Part shown: in pieces, positions 41,678 to 56,317 of the stretch
Layout: each line of letters opens with the position of its first letter
Position numbering within the stretch: position 1 is the first letter of the stretch
Origin: Eledone cirrhosa
Lineage: Eukaryota
Length of the DNA: 64,000 nucleotides
Assembly (NCBI GenBank): GCA_964016885.1
Contig: OZ024748.1
Coordinates: 57,102,001-57,166,000 of the forward strand
Direction: 5' to 3'
The notes under the pieces: generated by a model
The model's input: the letters and a program-made list of their open reading frames with translations, nothing else
Database searches by the model: none
Told to the model about the DNA's origin: nothing
Position numbers and translations under genes: made by a program

Positions 41678-44252
41678 TCAATACCACCCAAGGAGAAACT
41701 GCAAGAATTCTAGGAAAAGATCAGGGCCGAAGAAAAAGTTCATAATATACATGCTCCATGGATAGACAGACAAATGAAAGATACAGCTCACCTTGAGGAA
41801 CAAATATGGGAAAATATAACAGTTGAACAGTTGTGTTTGGCTCTTAGAAAAACCAGCAAATGGCAATCCCCAGGAAAAGACAAAATACCAAATTTTTGGA
41901 TAAATGCCTTCACAGAGTCTCATGAGCTGTTAGCCCAATTTTACAATGAAATAGTTAAGGAGCCAGAAAAGATACCATCATAGCTAGTTAACGGCATTAC
42001 ATTCCTGCTTCCGAAGAATGATGAGACAAACAATCCCCAAAATTACAGACCGATAACTTGCTTGACCACAACGTATAAAATGTTAACATCAGTCCTAACT
42101 GAATATACATATGACCACCTGATAACAAATGATCTATTTCCTAATGAGCAGAAAGGGTGTAAACGAGGCTCATATGGCTGTAAGGATCAGCTTTTGGTTA
42201 ACAAAATGATACTGGAAGATTGTCATAATAGACACAAAAATCTATCAATTGCTTGGATAGATTATGAAAAAGCATTCGATAGTTTGCCACATAGTTGGAT
42301 TGAAAAATGTTTAGAGATTTTCAAAATATCTCCTGTTGTCAGGGGCTTCCTGTCATTCAGTATGAAGACATGGAAAACGACACTCCTTTTGAATAGTGAA
42401 AAAAATCACTGGAAGCTGGAGAAGTTAATATTAATTGTGGAATTTTTCAGGGTGACTCTTTATCACCGCTTTTATTCTGCATCGCACTTATACCATTAAG
42501 TAAAATGCTCAATGAAACAAAACATGGATATAAAGTCTATGACAAAACCATTAATCACTTGTTCTACATGGATGACCTGAAACTATTTGCAAAAAATGAT
42601 GAACAATTGCAAGAGCTATTATCCACTGTAGAGCAGTTCAGTGATGACATTAAAATGGAGTTTGGACTAGATAAATGCGCCAAAGCAACGTTCACCAGAG
42701 GAAAGCTGCTGAAAAGTTCAGACCTTAATCTTAATCGGGGGAATATGATAAGAGAACTTGATCAATAGGAAACTTACAAATGTCTAGGTGTTTGTGAAGG
42801 AGACGGAATCAAGCACTCGACAATGAGGGAAAGGATAAGGAAGGAATGTTACCGCAGAGTAAGAGCAATCTTAAGAACGGAATTGAATGCAAGGAATAGG
42901 ATCGATGCCATAAACACGCTTGCCAGACCAGTAGTAACCTACAGTTACAATGTCATCAACTGGTCAAGCACAGAGATCCAAAAATTAGGAAATGCTTAAC
43001 CCTGCACAGAATGCATCACCCTAAGGCAGATACAGATAGAATATATCTCCCTAGGAAAGAAGGAGGACGTGGGTTAATCCAGTTAGATATTGCGTTGAAA
43101 ATTGCAACAATTGGATTATCTACATATCTAAGGGAATCATATGATTGGATGATCAAACTCGTTTTGAAACACAAAAACATCAAAAGATCATACTCCATTA
43201 CAAAAGATGCACAAAGATACAGTAATGGACTACAAATTTCAGAAGTCCCATTTACTGCTGAAATGGAAAACACAGAAAAAGAAAAGCAGGTAAAAGTAAC
43301 TGCAAAGAAAGAACTGCTACAGAAACTGGCTAAGAAATGGCAAGAAAAGGCTCTGTATGGAAAATATCCAGAAAGAGCTAACAATCCTGGTGTTTACAAA
43401 ACTTTAACCCATCAGTGGTTGGCATCCTCTGGACTGAAATCGGAGACTGAAGGACTGAATATATCAGCACAAGATCAGTGTCTGCCAACAAAAAATTACC
43501 AAGCCAACATAATAAAAAGTGGATGCAACCCATTATACCGTGTATGTAAAAAACAACCAGATCATATAATTTCAATGTGCAGTCCTATAGCTCCAACCGA
43601 ATACCTAAACAGGTATGACAGAGCTGCACAATACATACATTGGATAATGTGTAAGCATTTTGACCTGCCCCATCAAAAGAATTGGTGGGAGCATCAACGA
43701 CCTCCCATACTTGAAAAAGATGACATCTCAATCTTGTGGAACTTTAGCATCCAAACAGACCGAAAAATAAATGCAAATAGACTTGATATAATACTGAAGG
43801 ACTTTAAAAAGAGGGTATGCCTGCTAATTGATATGTCCGTTCCAATAGACAAGAATGTATCTATAAAAACATTTGAAAAATTGAGCAAGTATAAACACCT
43901 GGAAATATTAATTGGAAAAATGTGGAAATTGAAAACTAAAACAATACCAGTCGTTGTAGGCACTCTAGGAATGATACCTAAGGGATCTAATGATTACTTA
44001 TCGCAAATCCCAGGAAGCCCGCGTATAGGAGAAATACAAAAGATAGTGCTAATGGGAACTGCCCATATACTAAGGAAGATTCTGTCAATATAAGTACATC
44101 ACAAGTCTAAACACCTAAAAGATGCATGTGTGTGTATGTATGTTCTTTCTTGAACATGGCGGACCTTGTTGTCTCTTGAGGTCACTGGCTGTGACTTGGT
44201 ATAACTCGTACGAACATAAAGCAAGATAAATGCAACTGTAATAATAATAATA
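41678..44252 (+). mobile_element. R4/Dong-like non-LTR retrotransposon (RT + zinc finger + REL endonuclease), decayed and 5'-truncated
   Basis: SPGKDKIPNFW, NYRPITCL, EQKGC, WIDYEKAFDSLPH, GIFQGDSLSP (frameshifted), HLFYMDDLKL, YLPRKEGGRGL, degenerate CCHC, RYD, RLDII, LIDMSVP, EKLSKY. Ends in (TAA)n; several stops and frameshifts. Confidence 0.9.
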
Positions 44253-44350
44253 ATTGTTTCTACTTTAGGCACAAGGCCAGCAAATTACCCAGTGCATTAC
44301 TGGTATTTTATTTTATCGACCTCGTAAGGATGAAAGTCAAAGTCAACCTC
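44253..44350 (-). mobile_element. 5'-truncated SINE abutting the R4/Dong 3' end
   Basis: Reverse complement of the SINE 3' half, with (TAA)n on both sides. Confidence 0.8.
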
Positions 44351-44864
44351 TAATAATACTAATAATGAAGTACTGAACATTTCAAGAAACTAAACTGAAT
44401 CTTGTAGAAACTAAATCTTCCTCATATCATATCACAACGTCTTAAACAAGGACAGAAAACTTTGGATAATGTCTCGATAAAAAATGAAACACAAGCTGCA
44501 CATTACTGAACAACATAAAACTATCAACAATAGCAACAACAACAACAACAACAGCAACAGCAATGGCAACAGAAGCCGCAATCAACTGAAATAAGTAAGA
44601 AAGCTGTAAAAAACAAACAGATAATGTTTTTTTTTGTTGTTTTTTTTTAAATAGATAAATGAAAATAAATAGGTTTTCGAGATGTTTCCTATCGAATGAA
44701 TTTAATTCATCGAAAACAGGTGCACAACTTTGTATTAGGTAACTACACATATGTATGTGTGTATATATCTGTTTATTTGTATGTAAGGTAAGTTTTTACG
44801 TATATAAATGTGCGTATATATACATATATATGTATATATTTATATACATATATGTATGTATTTA

Positions 44865-44898
<34 letters not shown>

Positions 44899-44966
44899 AA
44901 CGGAGAAAATGAAACGAAATTTCATTTCTCACTCTTAGTATATGTATATAAATATGTATGTGTATA

Positions 44967-45097
<131 letters not shown>

Positions 45098-45174
45098 AAG
45101 AGTGAGAGAAAAGTGGCGAGAAATTGATACTTGAGACAGATTGATACAAATATATGCAAACATTTATATACCAA

Positions 45175-45278
<104 letters not shown>

Positions 45279-45702
45279 TGCATATATATATATATTCATA
45301 TATGTGTGTGTATGTGTATGTATATCTATGTATGTATGTATGTATATGTGTGAGCGTGTATCTATATATGCTTGTATTTATATGATTGTACAGCAAATGT
45401 CTGAGAACAAAAATTGAATGTCAGTTCATAAATAAGAATAAACAAATAATGTATCAGAGACAATAACATCAAAGGCTAACCCTACATATCGAAGTATATA
45501 TATCGATCTATATTCCTATATTCTCATTTATACTAGTAAGTGATGGGTATATTGTTATGTACTTATACATATGTCTGTGTGTGTGCGGGTGAAGGCGGGG
45601 AGCAAATGTAACTTAGGTACTAATATATATTTATTTATATATATGTGCACACACACACACATATACATATGTACTTATACATATAAATATATATATATGT
45701 AC

Positions 45703-45738
<36 letters not shown>

Positions 45739-45775
45739 TAGTGTGTGTATACATATATACATATATATATATGTG

Positions 45776-45822
<47 letters not shown>

Positions 45823-45825
45823 ATG

Positions 45826-45902
<77 letters not shown>

Positions 45903-45915
45903 GTATATACATACT

Positions 45916-45955
<40 letters not shown>

Positions 45956-46551
45956 AATATATATATATATATACTGATATATAGATAAATATAGGTGGAG
46001 GTGTGTGTGATATATACGTCAGAACTTACATATCTGTATGCGTCTGTGTGTTGTGTACGTTTGTGCGTGTGCATGTGCGTGTGTGTGAGTGTGTGTGTCC
46101 ATACATATATCTATGTACGCCAGTATATGTTCCTGTCTGTGTGTCAATGTGTATATATGAAGGAAAAAAAACTAAAAAGCACAAGATCAAGAATATTGAC
46201 TGCTAAAACAAGAATCAGGACAACAACAACAACTATATACAAAAATATATATTCTCTCTAATGTTTACTTTAATTCTATTATTATTTTGTTTTGTTTTTG
46301 TTTTTATTTACCAGTTCATTTTACTTTTAAACATTTACCATTTAACTTTGAAACATTTCTCGATCATCTCTCGATAGTATCTATGAATTTTCATTTTGAA
46401 ATCTGCTGACACTTGTAGTATATAATTTTCACAAACTGTTCAACCATATAACAATTAGTTTAAAACGAGTGTCAGCAGCTTAAGATTTACATCTTTTTTT
46501 TTTCTTTTTTTTAGAGACACGAGACACACAAAGACACATATATGCGTACAT

Positions 46552-46605
<54 letters not shown>

Positions 46606-46648
46606 GAGAGAGACACACATATACAAATATATATATATATATATATAC

Positions 46649-46846
46649 AGGAAAAGAATCAGGACCCTGACGGCTGGGCTACGACCGTTTCGACAGCTAG
46701 ATCCGAACTCAGCTCTAGCTGTCGAAACGGCCGGAGCTCAGCCGTCGGGGTCCTGACTCTTTTCCTATTACCCACTCTACTATCCTAAGTTTTTAGTACT
46801 CTGGTGCGTTATGGTCCACCTGGTATCTTACCACACCCTATTTGTT
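46649..46846. mobile_element. Fold-back element family A, variant subfamily
   Basis: ttcgacagctaga...tctagctgtcgaaacggccggagctcagccgtcggggtc plus tail. Confidence 0.7.
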
Positions 46847-47294
46847 ATATATATATATTTTCGAAAATATTCTTACCTTATATATATATATATATATCTA
46901 TATATACAGAATTAGTATATCTACCAACATATGTGTACAGATGTACACCGATGCTAGCAAGTATATATGTTATGTCTTAGTACCTTTGTGGTTCTATGCA
47001 GGGGGATGCAGAACAATTATATGAAAGACGTAACATAAGAAAATCTTAAAATTTTTAAGATTTTCTTATTTTACGTTTTTCATATCTATATATACATATA
47101 TATATTTATTAAAATAACAGATTAAAGTTTAAGCAAAGAATCGCTGCTTTCCCCTCTCTGGATTTTAGTCTTCAATTTTATTATTATTACTATACATATA
47201 TATATATACATACTTACATTTAAGTAAGTGCCGTACTAAGAGTGAGAAATGAAATTTCGTTTCATTCTATTCCATTTATATATATATATATATA

Positions 47295-47508
47295 TAACAA
47301 AGGAAATGTGGTAAGGAACCAGATGGACCATAACGCTCCAAAGTACTCAATACTTAGGGTAGTAGAGTGGGTAATAGGAACAAGTATGACCCCGACGGCA
47401 GAGCTCAAGCCGTTTCGGCGCCTAATTCTGGACTAAAAATTTTTTTTTTTTTAATCCAGAATTAGCCGTCGAATCGGCTTGAGCTCTGCCGTCGGGGTCA
47501 TACTTGTT

Positions 47509-47512
<4 letters not shown>
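47295..47512. mobile_element. Fold-back element family A
   Basis: Tail plus palindrome 47374-47512. Confidence 0.75.
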
Positions 47513-47577
<65 letters not shown>

Positions 47578-48852
47578 CTGTGTGTATGTATATATATATG
47601 GTGGTTGTAGTGGTGGTGCTGCTTCTGTTGTTGTTTATTGCCAGATCAGCTGCTGATCAAACACATCGCAGCCGCAAGCACTTCGTATTTTGTGCTATCT
47701 AGGAAAACATTATCAGCCATGGTCCCTCCTTCCCTCTTTTCTTAAAATTGTAGGGTATGATAACAGGGAGAAATTCTTTATTCTTTCTAACTGATCTGTT
47801 AAACACGGGGATGCTTTGACTAAATTTTACTTGCTTATTATCACATCAGTCATAATCGTGTAAACCTATGATCAAAGACGTATGATTTGAGGGAGACTTG
47901 ACTGCTATTTTGCAAGGTTAAGGAAAAATTCACTCACTATCATAACTCAAGAGAATTTAAGTTGATTCACAAACTTCTTGGGAAAATCAATTACATCATT
48001 TAAGATAACGTAATGAGAGAAGAAGGCGGCGGAATGACAGAATAGTTAGAATGTCGGATAAAATGCTTGGCTGCATTTATTTCAGCTGTCCTCTCATTGA
48101 GTTCAAATCCTGTGATGTCAACATTGTTTTCCATTCGATTCGTGGTTGATAAAAAAATCACAAGTCTAGAACTGGGGTAAATTATTCTTCTATATCTCTT
48201 TCTTACTGTCATTCTCTTATTCTGTATTCTTCACTGGTAGAAATCTGCTGTAATCTGACCTGGAGAGAAGATGGGCTGTACAAGGCTTAAAAAAGCCCTA
48301 GAAACGCCATATGTCGTTACGGCGCCCCTACAACTCCCTGAAGTGTTACGGGTCCATAAATACGTACAATGAGGCAAGGGGGATAAATAAGAAATTTAGA
48401 CAAAGTGCCTTGTTCTATTTGTTGCTGATGTTTACGTTCTGCTTTCAAATACAACCGAGGTGAACTTTGTCTTTCATTTTTGTGTGTTCTCTGACATTAA
48501 TTAAAAGTCCAGGTCAGAGGACAGGCAGGCTTCTTGAGGGTTGGACAAAATTTATTGTGATATTTGTTCCTGCTCTTTACGTTCAGAGTTCAAATTCAGC
48601 CGAGGTCAGTTTTGCCCTTCATTCTTCCAGGATTGATAAGATAGGTACCGGTAAAATTTCGGGGTCAATTTCATCGACTACTGATCTTTATCATCATTCA
48701 GTAAGTTATCAGCGTACAGGAGAACCCAAATTCCCTTCCCGTCAAAATTTGGGGGTAGGTAACCTGACACAGCTGTTAGGGGACATTGACCTTGCTTCAA
48801 TATTATCTACCTGTTACCCTTTATATTATTACACAACATACATCCTATCACC

Positions 48853-48883
<31 letters not shown>

Positions 48884-49464
48884 CACCCCTTTCTCCTTCT
48901 CTCTCTACCTCTTCCTCCTTCTCTTTCTCTCTCTACTTCTTCCTCCTTCTCTACCTCTTCCTCCATCTCTTTCTCTCTCTACCTCTTCCTCCTGCTTTCT
49001 CTCTCTCTCTCTACCACTGCCTCCTTCTCTCTCTCTCCCTCTCTCTCTTGGTCTTTCACTCTCTCCCTGACACTCTCATATCACTCTAAAAAATGTAAAA
49101 CAAAAGCAAAGTTCTCTTAACCAACACCTCAATGTTTATTTTACATGTTTGCTTGTTTGTTTTTCAGTGGGAGCTGAGGTATGGGGAAGATTGATTTTAT
49201 AATTGATTTATTAGGGAAAACATTCCCTTGGCTTTCAGGATTGCCTGTTGTTTTGTTTGGTTTTCTAGTTGTGTTGTGTGTTGTTGTAGTGTTTCTTATT
49301 TTCGTTGGATTTGTCACTGCCATTGCTACTACTGCTATAGTAGTAGTAATAGTAATAGTAGTAGTAGTAGTAGTAGTTATTGTTGTTGTGTTTGTCATTT
49401 TCGTTGTCACTACCATTGCTACTACTACTACTACTACTACTTAATACTAGTAGTAGTAGTAGTG

Positions 49465-49507
<43 letters not shown>

Positions 49508-49999
49508 CAGCAGCAGCAGCAGCAGTAGTAGTAGTTGTTGTTGTTGCTGTCGTTATTGTTATTGTTGTTGTTATTGTTGTTGATTTATTTTTGATACATC
49601 AGCAGTATCAGCAGATATATCAGCAGTTTTTATCTAAATTTCGTTTCCAAAAATTAACTCTAATGGTATGGTATCGTGTTCTTTCCACCATGTAATCAAA
49701 CAGTTTAATTAACGCAATGGCAAATCTATTAATTCTGTTTCTAAGGCCAAGGCATTGATGACGGTCCTCCGTTGGTTTAAACGATAAGTGTTCCAGAGGT
49801 GCAATCAACCGATCATCCTATTCGGTTAAAATTAACATATAAGTGATTCAGCATTCCGCAGAAGACGGTGAATTTCATACTGATATATTAAAATGAATAT
49901 AAGAGATGTCACCATGAATGGACCTGTTATATTTATCTAAAGACATTTTTTCCGATTCCAAACCGCCCGTCCCCTCAATCTATCTTATTTCTCATTCTT

Positions 50000-50035
50000 T
50001 CTTCTGATGAAGGACTAGCGTCCGAAACGTTAAGA
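50000..50035 (+). ncRNA. Minimal hammerhead ribozyme, family E
   Basis: TCTT CTGATGA A GGAC TAGC GTCC GAAA CGT T AAGA, followed by a ~75-bp tail and then microsatellite. Confidence 0.85.
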
Positions 50036-50123
50036 GCCTCTTCTTGCTATATCAAGCGTTAACCTTCCATATACTGTACCAATTGTGTTGTTATTTCTGT
50101 TTACCTTTTACCTACACACACAC

Positions 50124-50166
<43 letters not shown>

Positions 50167-50844
50167 CTATCCCGGGTTCAATCTGGTATAACCACAGTAA
50201 GTAAGGTACTCAATACATAGCTGATGATTTCTCCAGAATACAACACTTCTAGTCCTATAGAAGCCATTTCTATATTAAATCTAGCTTAGGTGAATTTTGC
50301 CTTTCATCTATTCAGGGTCGATACAATAAAATACCAGTCATGTGCTGGTGTCAATTTAATCGACTTTTTACTTACCTCCAAACTACTGACCGTGTGCCTA
50401 AAATAGAAATCATTATTCATCAAGTAATTATTCCATCCATCAGTTTAGTAATCAACCAGTCAACCAATCAACTAATTAGCTAATTGTTAATGTTCTTTCA
50501 TCACACAGTCTGTGACCTTAGCAATGACTTTTGCCCTCTATGTTTTCTATCCTTCATGATTTGACGTCCAGCTTCTGACACTTTATTCTCTTTGTCTTTG
50601 TACTTTTATTGAAAATAGAACATTCGTGTAAAGCGGTTATCGAAGCGAAAGTGATCAATAATGTGAGAATAATCAGCCATTGAACGATGAAATAAACAGT
50701 AAGTTAATAGTGCCACAATGAGAGAATTGAAAATATTATCAAGCCCCATTATTGACGTAAATATGTACACAATATTTGTTTTTCAATTTGAGGAAACCAG
50801 ACATAAAAATAGCTCTAATAACAGTACATCATTATTGAAGAGGG

Positions 50845-51030
50845 CAGTGGTTTGGCAGTATCGGTAGAGCGTCAGACACCATGTTTTGCAACATAGTTAG
50901 GGCCCTTTGCGTGGTGAGTTCAAATCCGCCGAGGTTAACTTTTCCTTTCATCCTTACGGGGTCGATAAAATAAAGTACCAGTAATGCACTGGGTAATTGC
51001 TGGCCTTGTGCCAAAAGTACAAACAATTAT
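50845..51030 (+). mobile_element. tRNA-derived SINE, major family
   Basis: Consensus match; attattga flanks. Confidence 0.85.
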
Positions 51031-51319
51031 TGATATTAGTTGAGAAAATTGTATAAATTACTCATAGAGACAAACAGAAGGACCAACTGGGAATCTAACT
51101 CTATATTTCAACCTACATTCTTTGTACCGGGTCGTCAAGTATGAAATTTGTATATATGTGAGTCCCGACTTCTTACAAATGAAACTGTTCTAGTCCTGTA
51201 GAAGCCATTTCTATATTAAATTATGTAGATGAAACTTATTCGTTATTTTATAGATGAAACAGTGTGTAAGATGTAAAGATTGTTTTTAAATGTCTTGCCT
51301 TCTCCTCCATTTATTCTGA

Positions 51320-51381
<62 letters not shown>

Positions 51382-51503
51382 TTACATATGTATACTTACA
51401 TAATGAATAAGCATGTAAGTCTCTACATATATATATATATATATTATATATATGGGCATGTAGGCTGGGTTATCTAACTATTTATATATATATATATAGA
51501 TAC

Positions 51504-51558
<55 letters not shown>

Positions 51559-51869
51559 CACAAATAAATGTATATATTTAAATACATATACGCATCAATA
51601 TATACATACATGCAAAGCCACACATATCTATGTACACATATGCCACGTTCTGCATATATAGATATGTGCATTAGTATATGTGAAGAAGAGAGAGGGAGTT
51701 GGTGAATAGTTGAGAGAGTGAGAGAGAAAAGCAAATAAATGACACTTAATAATATTTCTCAGTAATAGAAAGCATTGAAACGACAAACTAAGTTACATTA
51801 CTTGTAAAGTACTGTCGACCTAAACCTCTACATAACCAACTCTAGCAACACCACCGCCATTTCTATCAA

Positions 51870-53520
51870 AACGACCACCATCACCACCACCACTACCATT
51901 ACCACCATCACCACCACCACTACCATCATCAGCACAACCACCACTACCATTACCACTACCACTACCATCATCAGCACAACCACCACTACCATTACTACCA
52001 TCATCAGCACAACCACCACTACCACTACCACCATCACCACCACCACTACCATCATCAGCACAACCACCACTACCATTACCACTACCACTACCATCATCAG
52101 CACAACCACCACTACCATTACCACTATCACTACCATCATCAGCACAACCACCACTACCACTACCACCATCACCACTACCACCATCACCACCACCACTACC
52201 ACCATCACTACCACCGCTACCCTCATCAGCACAACCACCATCACCATCACCACTACCACCATCACCGCCACCCTCATCAGCACAACTACCACAAACACCA
52301 CCACCGCTATCACCACCACCGCTACCCTCATCAGCACAACCACCACAACCATTACCACCATCACCACCACCACTACCGTCATCAGCACAACCACCACAAA
52401 CACCACCACCGCTACCCTCATCAGCACAACCACCACTACCACTACCACCATCACCACCACCACTACCACCATCACCACCACCACTACCGTCATCAGCACA
52501 ACCACCACTACCATTACCACCATCACCACCACCACTACCGTCATCAGCACAACCACGACTACCACTACCACCATCACCACCACCACTACCGTCATCAGCA
52601 CAACCACCACTACCACTACCACCATCACCACCACCACTACCACCATCACCACCACCACTACCGTCATCAGCACAACCACCACTACCATTACCACCATCAC
52701 CACCACCACTACCGTCATCAGCACAACCACCACTACCACCATCACCACCACCACTACCGTCATCAGCACAACCACCACTACTATTACCACCATCACCACC
52801 ACCACTACCGTCATCAGCACAACCACCACTACCACCATCACCACCACCACTACCGTCATCAGCACAACCACCACTACTATTACCACCATCACCACCACCA
52901 CTACCGTCATCAGCACAACCACCACTACCACCATCACCACCACCACTACCGTCATCAGCACAACCACCACTACCACTACCACCATCACCACCACCACTAC
53001 CACCACCACCACTACCATCATCAGCACAACCACCACAAACACCACCACCGCTACCCTCATCAGCACAACCACCACAACCACTACCACCATCACCACCACC
53101 ACTATCATCATCAGCACAACCACCACTACCACTACCACCATCACCACCACCACTACCACCATCATCAGCACAACCACCTCTACCACCATCACCACCACCA
53201 CTACCACCACCACCACCATCACCACCACCACTACCACCACCACCACCACTACCATCATCAGCACAACCACCACTACCACTACCACCATCACCACCACCAC
53301 TACCACCATCACCACCACCACTACCACCATCACGACCACCGCTACCCTCATCAGCACAACGACCACAATCACTACCACCATCACCACCACCACTACCATC
53401 ATCAGCACAACCACCACAACCACCACCACAACCACCATCAACACACACCACTACCAACATCAGCACAACCACAACCACTACCACCATCAACACAATCATC
53501 ACAGCCATCACCACCTCCAT
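51870..53520. repeat. ACC-rich triplet-phased minisatellite
   Basis: catcagcacaaccaccactacc core with variable (ACC)n. Confidence 0.9.
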
Positions 53521-53829
53521 CTTATACACAACAACCATCAAACCAGCTCCTCTCCCTCGTCCGGTCCTATTCTCCTTTTGTACCCAATCAAATGAAGGCC
53601 GGATAGATTTTTCTAGAGGAGTGAACCGCACACAAGATGGTGGAGATATTATTGTTAGTGAGGTTTTATCTTAAAGACCAAACCTTTACTCTGTGATCAT
53701 TTGCAAGACATCAATTATTTCTCGCAACCTTCCCGCCAAGAACAAACTAATTAATACTATCTTCTGCGTTCTGTGTGTGTGCGTGTGTGTGTGTATGTAT
53801 GTATGTGTGTGTATGTGTGTGTGTATGTG

Positions 53830-54380
53830 TGTGTGTGAGTGGTAAATATGTGTCAGGCATGTGCTGCCATGTGTGTGTGTGTGTGTGTGTGTGAGTGGTA
53901 AATATGTGTCAGGCATGTACTGCCATGTGTGTGTGTGTGTGTGTGTGTGAGTGGTAAATATGTGTCAGGCATGTGCTGCCATGTGTGTGTGTGTGTGTGT
54001 GTGTGAGTGGTAAATATGTGTCAGGCATGTACTGCCATGTGTGAGGATGTCTGTGCGTGTGAGTGTGTGTGTGTGTCTGTGTGAGTGGTAAATATGTGTC
54101 AGGCATGTACTGCCATGTGTGAGGATGTCTGTGCGTGTGAGTGTGTGTGTGTGTCTGTGTGTGTCTGTGTGTGTGTATGTGTGTGTATGAGAGTGTGTGT
54201 GTCTGTGTAAATATGTGTCAGCCATGTGAGGATGTGTGTGTGTCTGTGTGTGTGTGCGTGGTTGTGTGAGTAGTAAATATGCGCCAACCATCTACTGTAA
54301 TGTGTGTGTCTGTGTGTCTGTGTGTGACTGTGTGTCTGTGTATGAGCGTGGTTGTGTGTGGTAAATATGTGTCAGCCATG
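53830..54380. repeat. Minisatellite gagtggtaaatatgtgtcaggcatgt.ctgccat(gt)n
   Basis: About 5 good and 3 degenerate units. Confidence 0.85.
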
Positions 54381-54982
54381 TAAGGTCATGTGTGAATATA
54401 TCTCTGTGTGTGTGTGTGCATGTACGTAAGTGCGTGTCCGTAAGTGTGCGTGCGGTTGTGTGTGTGTGTGTGTGCGTGTACGTAAGTGTGTGAGTGCGTA
54501 TGTGTACGTAAGTGTGTGAGTGCGTATGAGTACGTAAGTGTGCGTGCGTGTACGTAAGTGTGCGTGTGTGTGTGTGTGTGCGTATGTGTACGTGTGTGTG
54601 CGCGCGTGTGCGTGTACGTAAGTGTGTGTGTGTACGTAAGTGTGTGTGTGTACGTAAGTGTGTGTGTGTACGTGTGTATGTGTGTGTGAGTGTGTGTGTG
54701 TGAGTATGTGTGTGAGTATGTATGTGTGTGTGTGTGTGAGTGTGTGTGTGAGTCTGAGTGAGTGTGAGTGTGTGTGTGTGTGTGCCTGTATTATGTGATG
54801 TTTGTCTGTTTCTGGTGTGAGTATTGTTTGTTGTGTGAATGCTATGTGTATTGTATGTATGTGTGTGGGTGTGGGTGTGTGTGTGTGTGAAAGTATCTGT
54901 GCTGTGTTAGTGTGTCACGTGTATGTCTCTGGTCTGTGTGCACTGAATGTCTCTGTATATGTGTGTGTGTATAGGTCTGTGC

Positions 54983-55040
<58 letters not shown>

Positions 55041-55254
55041 TGTGTCTATTGTATGTGATGTGTGCGGTTTTTTTTCTGTATTTATTTCGTTCGCTACCCT
55101 TTAATGATGGTTGTTGTTGATATCCTGAAAGTGTGAATAAAAGGAACAATATACTCACATATATATATATATATATATAATATATATATATATATGTATA
55201 TATGTATATATATATAATACTTACTTACTTACACACACACACACACACACACAC

Positions 55255-55295
<41 letters not shown>

Positions 55296-55413
55296 AGGGT
55301 TGACGGACCCAGCATATTTATCAATGATATATATATATGTATATATGTATGTATAAATATATAAATACATATATAAATATAAATATATATATACATATAT
55401 ATATATGCATGTA

Positions 55414-55447
<34 letters not shown>

Positions 55448-55485
55448 TAAACATATATAAATACATATATAAATATATATATGTT

Positions 55486-55562
<77 letters not shown>

Positions 55563-55603
55563 ATGTATGTATATATATAGGTCTAGAGATCGCTACCTGC
55601 CTG

Positions 55604-55639
<36 letters not shown>

Positions 55640-55733
55640 TAAAGTGTTAAACAATATTCAATGAGTATGTCAAAGAATGAGTTTTACAGTAGATTGGAAG
55701 CACTCTACGAGAAAAATAATTTTCCGGAGTTAT

Positions 55734-55996
55734 TAATATTAATAAAATAGATGTTCTTTTGAGCAATTACATTTTTTATACATATTTCGGATGTACAACA
55801 GTACGTCCTCATCAGACAAAATATAATGATACATGTCATACCCTGAGATGTTAAATGGTGAAGATTTAATCAAGGTAGTCTACCATGATTAAATCAATGT
55901 ATCATTATATTTTGTCTGATGAGGACGTACTGTTGTACATCCGAAATATGTATAATAAAATGTAATTGCTCAAAAGAACATCTATTTTATTAATAT
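55734..55996. mobile_element. Fold-back element with two divergent hammerheads, family D
   Basis: Plus 55909-55961: ATTTTGT CTGATGA GGACGTAC TGTT GTACATCC GAAA TATGTAT A ATAAAAT; mirror copy on minus strand 55771-55822. Confidence 0.85.
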
Positions 55997-56026
55997 TTAT
56001 ATTTTAATATATATATATATACACAC

Positions 56027-56059
<33 letters not shown>

Positions 56060-56060
56060 C

Positions 56061-56093
<33 letters not shown>

Positions 56094-56094
56094 C

Positions 56095-56317
<223 letters not shown>

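Noticed and set aside
43011-44093. 360-aa ORF as a functional host gene
   Set aside because: C-terminal part of the broken R4-like ORF, with degenerate CCHC/RHD/PD motifs
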